From a virus (lineage: Duplodnaviria; Caudoviricetes): a DNA stretch of 26,441 nt. Location: positions 1 through 26,441 of IMG/VR virus record IMGVR_UViG_3300044267_003210, one strand, 5' to 3'. Positions 1 to 8,022 of the stretch are shown here, piece after piece; the first letter of the stretch is position 1; each line of letters opens with the position of its first letter. A program made the translations under genes and the position numbers. A model generated the notes under the pieces. The model worked only from the letters and a program-made list of their open reading frames with translations, was not told where the DNA came from and did not search any database.

Positions 1-150
1 GGAAATGTCTACTACTCAGGTAAATCTGAGGGTGGAGACGAATTCGTTATGTTCAGAAACACCTACTGGAAAGAAGGTTCCAACAAACCATACTTCAGAT
101 TAATGAAGCGTGTGGGCGATGGACCATCTACATCAGCTACGGAGGACTGA
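1..150 (+). CDS. Partial CDS (3' end), small beta-rich phage protein, DUF736-like/possible ssDNA-binding
   Basis: Frame 1 is open from base 1 to TGA 148-150 (GNVYYSGKSEGGDEFVMFRNTYWKEGSNKPYFRLMKR...) and abuts the ATG at 151. The YYSG...F.N...K..SN.P.FR pattern resembles DUF736-type small phage proteins. Confidence 0.5.
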   Translation, partial: GNVYYSGKSEGGDEFVMFRNTYWKEGSNKPYFRLMKRVGDGPSTSATED

Positions 151-522
151 ATGTTTGGAAGAGATGCAGAACGCATGATGGACATGTGGGTAGATTTACT
201 CAATGAAATTGAGAGAATTCCATCCAAATCACGACCATTTATGCAGAAGCGTAAAGAGATTGGTAGTGTAGAAGACCGTGACACTGAGTTAGTTCTCAGT
301 GCAGACTTACCCGGAATTGAGAAGGAAGACATCGAACTAAAAGTTGATAGTCACAGTATAGCTTTCTCAGCTAAGACTGAAGAAAGAAACTATGATTATG
401 GACAAAGTTTTGATTTTGAACTCAACCCAGAAGAAGTCAAAGCTACATTTGTCAATGGAGTCTTAGACGTAGTCGTAAAGAAATCCGAAGGAACACAAGG
501 TAAAACTATAAAGATAGAATGA
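151..522 (+). CDS. hsp20: Small heat shock protein (Hsp20/alpha-crystallin family), archaeal type
   Basis: Alpha-crystallin motifs ADLPGIEKEDIEL and KATFVNGVLDV, plus C-terminal IxI motif (IKIE). GGAGG RBS lies just upstream. Confidence 0.92.
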   Translation: MFGRDAERMMDMWVDLLNEIERIPSKSRPFMQKRKEIGSVEDRDTELVLSADLPGIEKEDIELKVDSHSIAFSAKTEERNYDYGQSFDFELNPEEVKATFVNGVLDVVVKKSEGTQGKTIKIE

Positions 523-1190
523 GTAGCTATGATGATTGGATTCAATCGCCAAGGAGTCAACGAATATGGTTAGTAGATTCAATGAAGGCGTTGGGTCAAT
601 TTGCTTTCATAGCACCAATCCATAGAGTCAAACACTGGAATCCTTCAACGAAACGTAGGAATAAATGTTGGGCAAAGGAAGGTGAATGTGTCTTTTGTAA
701 GAACGGCACACCTAAAATAAATGAATTCACCTACGGCATATATGTATCCGCAGAAAAAACCATAAAATATCTGACGCTTACAATAGCCTCACACACTAAT
801 GCCCAGCGTTTATTTACTACAATAATTGAGAATGGTATTAACCCTACTGATTTAGTTTTTGAATTTCAAAAAGGGAAAGTAAAGACTACTTTAGGTAGAG
901 AAGCCAATGGGTATTTATTATCCCCAACCGAGGAAGACCCCTTTGTAGCTGAGAAGTTTAGACCAAGCTTAACAAGCAGTGAAGAACAATCCTACACATG
1001 GGTAGTTCCCGAAGAGATAGTAGAATACCTTAAGGATAAAAATGGAGACCCTATAACTATGATAGATTTATACTTGGTAATGAAAGAACAATTCCCTGCA
1101 ATTTCAGACAAAGAACTAAAGAAATATGCAGTGAAACTTTGTGAACACAATGTATTAAACCTAAACAATGCGAGGCAGAAATGGATATAA
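519..1190 (+). CDS. Hypothetical Zn-binding protein, possible T4 gp32-like ssDNA-binding protein
   Basis: H...C-x6-C-x2-C cluster (KHWNPSTKRRNKCWAKEGECVFC) followed by a beta-rich region. It sits in the replication module and has an ATGA overlap with hsp20. Confidence 0.45.
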   Translation: MSSYDDWIQSPRSQRIWLVDSMKALGQFAFIAPIHRVKHWNPSTKRRNKCWAKEGECVFCKNGTPKINEFTYGIYVSAEKTIKYLTLTIASHTNAQRLFTTIIENGINPTDLVFEFQKGKVKTTLGREANGYLLSPTEEDPFVAEKFRPSLTSSEEQSYTWVVPEEIVEYLKDKNGDPITMIDLYLVMKEQFPAISDKELKKYAVKLCEHNVLNLNNARQKWI

Positions 1191-1282
1191 TAGAATATAT
1201 AACAATAGTTTTTATATTAGATGGACCAATCTTAGGATTGTTCTATCTTTTATATAGGAAGTGTGTAAATGAAAAAATTTGA
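1181..1282 (+). CDS. 33-aa single-pass membrane microprotein (not in ORF track)
   Basis: MDIIEYITIVFILDGPILGLFYLLYRKCVNEKI*. GAGG RBS at 1172-1175. Hydrophobic core followed by RK. Overlaps both neighbours and fills the apparent gap. Confidence 0.55.
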   Translation: MDIIEYITIVFILDGPILGLFYLLYRKCVNEKI

Positions 1283-2753
1283 ATTACATGATTTATTAAG
1301 ATATTTTCATAACGCAAAGAAACCCGATGGAACTCTTTTCCCTATACTGGGAGAGGATGCTTTAGCCTTAACCACTTCACTATCTTACTTGTTAGAAGAC
1401 ACTAATTTTTGTATTAAAGCTTATAGTGGAACTGGAAAAACTGTGCTAATGGAAGCCATAGGTAATCTTTTACCTGAAGAATATATCTATACAGTAGAGC
1501 ATATGTCTGAGACAGCTATTTGGTATGATACTGAAAAAATAAACAATGCACGTTTTGTATTTATACCTGAAGCTCAAAAGATACCTGAAGGTGTTATGGA
1601 AATAATTAAGACGTGGGCTGATGGAAGAACCAGCGAAAGGAAGGTTACCGATGTAACAAGGAAATTACCTACCTATCAATGGTTACACCCTAAGTATGTA
1701 TTAATGGCAGTCGCAGTAGAGAACGATAAAGGTTCAGCTATGTTTGATGCTGAATTGGAACGTAGGTGTATGATTATGCACACTAACCCCACAGTTAAAC
1801 AAACTGAGTTAGTGGTAAAGCATAAGCTAATGAATTCGGCACTACCTAAAAAAACTATGTCATCAATGTCTGATAAAGAAATAGCAGAATTAAAGGAACA
1901 CGTAACTAAGGCTTTAAGAGAAAGGGATGAAGATGATGCTACGGTAATTAAAAACCCCTGTGCCCCTTTCCTTTTTGAAGCGATACCAAGTGCGTTCCCT
2001 GTCTCACGTTCTAAGGTTCAATACCTACTAAGACTTATAAACGCTATTGCTAGATTTTATCCTGATGAAATAATTAGGACTAAACATGATGGAATAACCT
2101 ATGGTTTGGTTTCGCCTAAACACAACTGGCTTGGACTGAGAATATATCTCAACTCCTTTGTTGAGGAATGTTTACATATGCCAAGTCACGGAACAGACAT
2201 ATTAAAACTGTTTCCTGAAACGAGACTAGATAAGTTTGGGTTCGCAGATAGTGAGACAGTGAAGATGTCTGAAGGTGAACTGAAGAAAGCAGCGAAAGCT
2301 GCGGGTTTACCTTTTACTAAACTGAGACCTGTCTTAGCGGGTCTTTTAATGACAGGGTTCTTGGAAGTAGATGATGAAGGTGGTAAGAAACTTTACTATA
2401 AGAGTCCATTGATTAATGAACCTGTGTCTAAAATAAATTGGAGTGAGTTAATTGAAGAAACAAAAGAGTTTATACGAGAAAACTGGCCTAAAGTGGCTGA
2501 TGAATACATTAGGCGCAGTTGTAGCAGTATCAAAATTGTTGACCCGTTTAGCGGGGACAACATTGAACTGGGTGAGAGAGCAAAGACAGCGATAGAGGTC
2601 AGTGATGCTGATTACCCCAGCGTCTTTAAAACAGCCAAAGACGCAAAGTGCAGAAACCATGCACATTTTCTATTAAATGCAGAAGGAGATTATACAGATG
2701 AAGAAAGTGAAGCAGTCAGAAAGTTTTACGAAGAAAGTGAAACTACCGATTAA
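1269..2753 (+). CDS. AAA+ P-loop ATPase, putative replicative helicase (MCM/MoxR-like), with probable C-terminal winged helix
   Basis: Walker A AYSGTGKT (1419-1442), Walker B-like FVFIPE, Arg-finger-like ELERRC, sensor-like FPVSRSK. Located near PolB and primase. Confidence 0.65.
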   Translation: MKKFELHDLLRYFHNAKKPDGTLFPILGEDALALTTSLSYLLEDTNFCIKAYSGTGKTVLMEAIGNLLPEEYIYTVEHMSETAIWYDTEKINNARFVFIPEAQKIPEGVMEIIKTWADGRTSERKVTDVTRKLPTYQWLHPKYVLMAVAVENDKGSAMFDAELERRCMIMHTNPTVKQTELVVKHKLMNSALPKKTMSSMSDKEIAELKEHVTKALRERDEDDATVIKNPCAPFLFEAIPSAFPVSRSKVQYLLRLINAIARFYPDEIIRTKHDGITYGLVSPKHNWLGLRIYLNSFVEECLHMPSHGTDILKLFPETRLDKFGFADSETVKMSEGELKKAAKAAGLPFTKLRPVLAGLLMTGFLEVDDEGGKKLYYKSPLINEPVSKINWSELIEETKEFIRENWPKVADEYIRRSCSSIKIVDPFSGDNIELGERAKTAIEVSDADYPSVFKTAKDAKCRNHAHFLLNAEGDYTDEESEAVRKFYEESETTD

Positions 2754-3015
2754 AGACGAACAATTTGCTGTTGTGAGTGAAATGTCAGGTGGGTCACGTA
2801 TGACAGCCCTCTGTGAAGATGGTAAAACGAGAATGGTAAGAATTGGTGGTAAATTTAAAAGGAGAATGTGGGTTAGAGAACGAGACCTCATCCTTATTAA
2901 ACCTTGGCCTGTGCAAGGAGATAGGAAAGCAGACTTAGTTCATAGATACCTACCAAATGAGAGAAACTGGATTCTCAGAAAAGATATACTACCAGAGGAG
3001 TTACAAATATGGTAA
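2698..3015 (+). CDS. eif1a: Archaeal translation initiation factor aIF-1A
   Basis: OB-fold signature LP..EQFAVVSEMSGGSRMTALCEDGKTRMVRIGGKFKRRMWVRERDLILIKPW..Q..KADLVHRY. GGAGA RBS at 2685-2689 favours ATG 2698 over 2677. Confidence 0.93.
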   Translation: MKKVKQSESFTKKVKLPIKDEQFAVVSEMSGGSRMTALCEDGKTRMVRIGGKFKRRMWVRERDLILIKPWPVQGDRKADLVHRYLPNERNWILRKDILPEELQIW

Positions 3016-3329
3016 GTGGAATAGAAGCTACCTATATGGATTTTACTCGCAAAACTGCGAAATATCCTAAGCGTAGAGAAAAAGAATACCTAATGATAGG
3101 TTTAATGAATGAAGCAGGAGAAGTCGGTGGAGCTTTTAAGAAAGAAATAAGAGACCACATAGATAATACCGACCTTATTATAGATGAGATGGGTGATGTC
3201 TTATGGTATCTCACACGTCTGTGTGATGTATATGATATTAAGATATCTGAACTCATGATTAATAATATAGATAAACTTGTCGGAAGAATGACACCTGAAC
3301 AAAAGAAAGAGTATAGAGAAAATGTATGA
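3009..3329 (+). CDS. mazG: MazG-like NTP pyrophosphohydrolase
   Basis: GLMNEAGEV...DEMGDVLWY all-alpha NTP-PPase motifs (ExxE...ExxD). Confidence 0.88.
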   Translation: MVSGIEATYMDFTRKTAKYPKRREKEYLMIGLMNEAGEVGGAFKKEIRDHIDNTDLIIDEMGDVLWYLTRLCDVYDIKISELMINNIDKLVGRMTPEQKKEYRENV

Positions 3330-3622
3330 CCATTATAAAGAAACTAACAGTTACTACAGATAATGAAAGAAAACAATGGATTGAAATGCTGAAACTGGCC
3401 AGTGACTATCATTATGATATGTCTGGTCAGTTCGAACCTGAGATTAAAACCCCTAATAAAGATAGTAAAGATGAACAGGTAGCTCAAATACATAGAGCGT
3501 GGGGTAGAGCTATACAAGAAGCGGCTGAACTCATTAAAGTTTGGGAAATAGAAGAGAATGATGATATTAAAACCCCAAGTGATACTAAACTAGTATACGA
3601 CCAACTAAAGGATAAAGAATGA
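3326..3622 (+). CDS. Hypothetical protein (98 aa)
   Basis: ATGA overlaps on both sides indicate translational coupling. No recognisable motif. Confidence 0.7.
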   Translation: MTIIKKLTVTTDNERKQWIEMLKLASDYHYDMSGQFEPEIKTPNKDSKDEQVAQIHRAWGRAIQEAAELIKVWEIEENDDIKTPSDTKLVYDQLKDKE

Positions 3623-5850
3623 AAGTTCCACTTATAGCAAGTATAAACAAACGCACAATAGATTTAAAAACTAAAAAATTGAAGGTCAAGATGTATAGAA
3701 ATGGACAAGCTGAGGCTGTAGAGTCTCCATACACTCCATACTTCTATACTGAGGACAAAATGGGGGAGACAAAAAAGTTGATTGCCTCAGATGAGACAGT
3801 CCAACTGAAAAAACACCTCTATATACCCGGTAAGGACCACATTCCGAGCCACGCACTCTTTGATGGTGGAAGGGAAACATTACTCGAAAGGTTATGTATA
3901 GAACATCCTAAGTTCTTTGCAGACTACCCTAACGACAAAGATGTAAAATGCCTTGTGTTCGATATAGAAACACACTCCCCCGATGGTACTTTTCCTTTTG
4001 GAGAAAGATACCCTATCGTTGCCATTGGCATTGTAACTTCCACCGGAGAGCGCAAAGTGTTCCTTTGGGACAATGAGAAAGAAGATGATAGTAAATTACT
4101 ATGGGACTTCGCTAATTATGTACAGGACTATGACCCTGACATTATTGCGGGGTGGAATCTTGTGGGGTATGATATTCCACAAATACTCCACAGGGTCCGT
4201 TATAATCATATAAACGAAGACCAATATAAAAAACACTTGAACAGAGATGGTTCAAGCTGGGGGTATGAACCTCCTAAAGATAATAGAGAACTAAAGATGA
4301 ACGCTGGTGGTCGCATAGTTTTAGACCTGCTACGGTGGGCCCGATTGGATTATTCATTATCAGGCTTACCACGTGGACTCAAACAGGTATCTCAGGCATT
4401 TGGCCTTGAACCGATTGAGCTCGACTTTGCAGAGAAAAACCTTCTCGATTACCCCCTACATGAGATAGAAGACTACGTTCTGTCAGATGTGGACTGTACG
4501 ATGTTTATGTATAACCACTACTTTCCACAAATACAATACGTAGCCGAGGTTCTATGTGTACCACTGGCCACCTATGTTAACGCCCCCAGTAGCTATATTA
4601 CGAAAATATTGCAGGGGAGGAGCTTATTCGAGCAGGGCATAGTGGCGCTTAATAGAAATAAAGAGAGACATCCACAAATATTTAGGTTTGACAAAGGCAA
4701 CTATCAAGCTGCACACATTGAACTATATAGACAAGGTTATGAAGCTGAGAACTATAAAGTAGATTTCAGTTCGTATTACCCATCTATAGCTATGGCTCTC
4801 AACTTAGGACCTGATACCACCAAAATTGTAGGTTATGAGGAATATAGTCCAGACATAGAGTTTAAGGATGGTATTCTTTATGTGCCTGATAACAAAGTCA
4901 ACAAGCGTTTAAAGGTTAAGATAGACCAACAGAACAAAAGTTCATTATATAATATGTGTAGTGTATTTAAAGAGATGCGTAAACCTTATAAGCTAGGTAA
5001 AACGAAAGAAGATAAGAGCAAGTCCGATGCTCTTAAAATAATGGTGAACACGTTTTATGGTGCAAACGCTAATCCTTACGTTAGCTATGGTGATATGGGG
5101 GTGGGTATCACTATCACAGCTATTGCCCGTTGGTTACTCCTATCGGGTGTCGACATCATCCGTTCTAGGTATGGAAAGGATGCTGTGGTTTATGTACACA
5201 CTGATGGGATTAATACTAATGTGGATGTTGATGTCGAGTGGTTAACTGGTAGGCTGAGACAACTACTTAAATATCACATACCTTTTAGTGAAGCTAAAAA
5301 TATATCTATGGATAAAGATATATTTAAGGAAGGTGTATGGATTCAGGTTGGTAATTATATATTACGTAACTTGGATGGTAGTGTTACAAAGCATGGAAGC
5401 ACCTTTAAATCAAAGAGCCGTTCTAGATTCTATAATAAGGTATTAGATAAACTATCTGACGCTCGATTAAATAATACCGTTACAAATTCATTTGTAGATA
5501 AATTATATGATTTAGATGAATATATCTTAGAAGATTTTATAATGCGTAGGTCCACCAACAGAGGATATGATGATTATAAATCTGAAACAGACCTAACTGT
5601 ACAATTAATGAATCTTGGAAAACAAATAGGAATGGAACCAGCAGAAGGAACAACATACTTTTACGCTAAAACCAAGGAAGGTTATAGACTTAAGGAACAA
5701 ATAAAATCTGTAGATGAAATAGACATTACATACTATTGGGATACGATATCTAACCTACTTATTAAATTTGGATTAAAAGAGTACGTTAAGAAAAAGCCCC
5801 CCTTAACTATGTTAGATAAAAAACAACAATCACTTGCAGAGTGGATATAA
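3619..5850 (+). CDS. polB: Family B DNA polymerase with 3'-5' exonuclease
   Basis: ExoI FDIET, ExoII GWNLVGYD, ExoIII YVLSD. Polymerase motif A DFSSYYPS, motif B KIMVNTFYG, motif C YVHTDG. C-terminal PIP-box-like QQSLAEWI. Confidence 0.95.
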   Translation: MKVPLIASINKRTIDLKTKKLKVKMYRNGQAEAVESPYTPYFYTEDKMGETKKLIASDETVQLKKHLYIPGKDHIPSHALFDGGRETLLERLCIEHPKFFADYPNDKDVKCLVFDIETHSPDGTFPFGERYPIVAIGIVTSTGERKVFLWDNEKEDDSKLLWDFANYVQDYDPDIIAGWNLVGYDIPQILHRVRYNHINEDQYKKHLNRDGSSWGYEPPKDNRELKMNAGGRIVLDLLRWARLDYSLSGLPRGLKQVSQAFGLEPIELDFAEKNLLDYPLHEIEDYVLSDVDCTMFMYNHYFPQIQYVAEVLCVPLATYVNAPSSYITKILQGRSLFEQGIVALNRNKERHPQIFRFDKGNYQAAHIELYRQGYEAENYKVDFSSYYPSIAMALNLGPDTTKIVGYEEYSPDIEFKDGILYVPDNKVNKRLKVKIDQQNKSSLYNMCSVFKEMRKPYKLGKTKEDKSKSDALKIMVNTFYGANANPYVSYGDMGVGITITAIARWLLLSGVDIIRSRYGKDAVVYVHTDGINTNVDVDVEWLTGRLRQLLKYHIPFSEAKNISMDKDIFKEGVWIQVGNYILRNLDGSVTKHGSTFKSKSRSRFYNKVLDKLSDARLNNTVTNSFVDKLYDLDEYILEDFIMRRSTNRGYDDYKSETDLTVQLMNLGKQIGMEPAEGTTYFYAKTKEGYRLKEQIKSVDEIDITYYWDTISNLLIKFGLKEYVKKKPPLTMLDKKQQSLAEWI

Positions 5851-5854
5851 TGCC

Positions 5855-5870
5855 ACAAACTTTATATACT
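5855..5870 (+). promoter_or_regulatory. Archaeal-type promoter (BRE-like purines + TATA box)
   Basis: ACAAAC-TTTATATA (TATA at 5861-5868) in the first real intergenic gap after polB. A similar AACTTT(T)TATA occurs upstream of nrdJ. Confidence 0.6.
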
Positions 5871-5890
5871 AAGATAAAATATATTATTAA

Positions 5891-5928
5891 TAGGACAGTA
5901 CGTGTACTGCTCCTACCCCTTCGGGTAG
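5891..5928 (+). promoter_or_regulatory. Two overlapping stem-loops in the predicted 5' leader
   Basis: TAGGACAGTA-CGTG-TACTG(C)TCCTA (5891-5915) and CTACCC-CTTC-GGGTAG (5913-5928). They form a GC-rich patch in an AT-rich gap. Confidence 0.55.
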
Positions 5929-5935
5929 TGATAAA

Positions 5936-6130
5936 ATGGATGAAAAGGAAATTAAACCGTTGTCGGCATTTTTGTCGGACGCAGAAGTCAAAGTGGTTTG
6001 GCGTGAAGAAGAAAGAACAAAGGTCGGAAGAGGAATGATAACGAACGACGATGAGAATTTTGTATACCTTACTGGAGATAAGGGAACCGTTATTGTTAAT
6101 AAAAGAGATATTATAGCTATAAAACAATAG
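5936..6130 (+). CDS. Small Sm/LSm-like (SH3-type beta-barrel) protein
   Basis: 64 aa with an N-terminal helix, then VKVVW...GRGMITNDDENFVYL...TVIVNKRDIIAI, matching the Sm1/Sm2 pattern. Confidence 0.6.
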   Translation: MDEKEIKPLSAFLSDAEVKVVWREEERTKVGRGMITNDDENFVYLTGDKGTVIVNKRDIIAIKQ

Positions 6131-6139
6131 AGGTAATAA

Positions 6140-7642
6140 ATGTCAAAAAGCAAGAATGATATGAATACAGTAGGCGAATACGCTGAAGATGTAGAATGGG
6201 ATAGACCTTTAAAAGGTAAGTTACGTATTATGCCAGTATCAGATAGCCCTTGGGCTCCTACTGGTTTCGGAACTAACACGAAGAATATAGGGTGTATATT
6301 GTATGATGAAGGACACCATATAGGTTATGCTGGGTGTCAGAACCCCCGTTATGGTAAATGGAAAACTCCATGGCCTTTAAATCAAAAAGATAAAAAGGCT
6401 ACTTTCGAACTCTTACCTATTATGTATATGGGACAAGAAAGGTTTGGAGAAAAATCATTCCCTATTTGGGTAAAGGATTTTAAACCAGATTTAGTTATAG
6501 GACATCTTGATTTCCAAATGTTTAAACATATCACAGATATGAAATCCCCCCAGATGATACAATTACCCATGTATAACCCAGAGACTGGTAAATTATTAGG
6601 GCGTAAAGAAAGAATGGAAATGATGAACACTGCCTTTAAACAAGTACAAAAGGGCATGCCATGGAAATTTGGTTGTATTATACCTTATGATGGAGAACCC
6701 TCTATCCCTCAATGGCAACAACAAATGGATAATATAGATTATGGGGTAGCCATGTCACGTTATGGTCAAATAGGATTAGAGAAAGACTTTAATAAAAAAA
6801 CAACATACATCCCACATGGAGTTGATACTGATTTATTCAAACCTATTATGAAACCTATGTATGGTAATAACCCTAAACCTAATGCATTCATTGTAGGATG
6901 TGTAGCAAGAAATCAACACCGTAAAAACCTACCACGCTTAGTTAAAGGTTTTGCTCAGTTCGTACAGAAAAATAATCTGAGCCCAAAAGAAGCCAAACTA
7001 ATAATGCATATGGATTGGAACGATGCTATGGGATGGAAGTTTCCTAATTTTATAGAAAACTATATATCTAAAGATTATTTAATGGACCCCTTAATGGGTT
7101 TCTTGGATGGAGGAGAAGCAGTCACTGAAAAAGAGATGGCCAACCTTTATAATTGTATGGATGTATTCGTTTTACCTACGGCTGGTGAAGGTTTTGGTAT
7201 ACCTACATTAGAAGCTATGTCTTGTGGAGTTCCTATATGTGTTACAAACTACACCACAGGTTGGGAACTAATTAAATCAGAAGATGCTGAGAACGAAGAC
7301 ATACCTATGTTTCCATTAGGAGGACATTTTAATGATGCAGGACCAAATGGCAGAGACCACTTAGAAGAAGAAGATATATGCGAGAGAGGTATATTACTAC
7401 CATATAAAGATATGTGGTGGGACACTCCTGCTCGAGCAGCACCACAAAGAGCTATATGTAGTGAAAAAGCTATATGTGAAGCTTTAGATTATTACTATCA
7501 CAACCCTGATAAACGTATAGCTGCTGGTAAAGCAGGAAGAAAACATGCTAAAAAATATTATAGTTGGGATGTAATAGGTAAGAAATGGATTAACTGGGCT
7601 AATAATATAGCTCAGGAAATGAAAGGAAATAAGAAAAAATGA
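6140..7642 (+). CDS. GT-B fold glycosyltransferase (GT4 family)
   Basis: SDSPWAPTGFG N-terminal loop, IPHGVDTDLFKP, ARNQHRKN, and DVFVLPTAGEGFGIPTLEAMSCGVP (E-x7-E). GAGGT RBS. Confidence 0.92.
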   Translation: MSKSKNDMNTVGEYAEDVEWDRPLKGKLRIMPVSDSPWAPTGFGTNTKNIGCILYDEGHHIGYAGCQNPRYGKWKTPWPLNQKDKKATFELLPIMYMGQERFGEKSFPIWVKDFKPDLVIGHLDFQMFKHITDMKSPQMIQLPMYNPETGKLLGRKERMEMMNTAFKQVQKGMPWKFGCIIPYDGEPSIPQWQQQMDNIDYGVAMSRYGQIGLEKDFNKKTTYIPHGVDTDLFKPIMKPMYGNNPKPNAFIVGCVARNQHRKNLPRLVKGFAQFVQKNNLSPKEAKLIMHMDWNDAMGWKFPNFIENYISKDYLMDPLMGFLDGGEAVTEKEMANLYNCMDVFVLPTAGEGFGIPTLEAMSCGVPICVTNYTTGWELIKSEDAENEDIPMFPLGGHFNDAGPNGRDHLEEEDICERGILLPYKDMWWDTPARAAPQRAICSEKAICEALDYYYHNPDKRIAAGKAGRKHAKKYYSWDVIGKKWINWANNIAQEMKGNKKK

Positions 7643-8022
7643 ATTTAGTATTCGGAATGGACGGAGTAATTTGTACTCCTTGTAAAGACTACCATGATGT
7701 AGAGCAAGCAAAACCATTAGCCAACGTAAAGGATTTTATGAGTTGGTTAATGTTAAAAGAACACCACATAACAATATGGTGTAAAAGACCCAATTCATTA
7801 GATTGGGTTATGGCAACCAAGGAATGGTTATCTGACAATCAAATTCCATATAGTAGGTTATTATTTGATAGACCCTACAATGCGTTAATGGTAACAGAAA
7901 CCCCACCAAACGCCAAATACCATACACATGAAGGAGATTTAAGTGTAGTGGCTATGTTGTTTGAAGAATGGAAAGAATGGATAACAAAGGAGTCTCACGA
8001 TGAGTTACAAAAAGGGAGATAG
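7639..8022 (+). CDS. HAD-superfamily (capless, BcbF/EcbF-like) protein with degenerate catalytic motifs
   Basis: LVFGMDGVIC (cf. FDxDGT), HHITIWCKR, TKEWLSDNQIPYSRLLFDRP. The fold pattern is clear but the catalytic residues are replaced. Confidence 0.7.
   Translation: MNLVFGMDGVICTPCKDYHDVEQAKPLANVKDFMSWLMLKEHHITIWCKRPNSLDWVMATKEWLSDNQIPYSRLLFDRPYNALMVTETPPNAKYHTHEGDLSVVAMLFEEWKEWITKESHDELQKGR

Noticed and set aside
1208-1256. TATA-like TTTTTATA/TTTTATATA as a promoter for the ATPase
   Set aside because: It is possible, but the motifs lie inside the 33-aa hydrophobic ORF, whose T-rich codons explain them, so no promoter was called.
5841-6038. 65-aa ORF spanning the polB/Sm-like gap
   Set aside because: It runs across the TATA box and hairpins and overlaps the better-supported 5936-6130 ORF out of frame.
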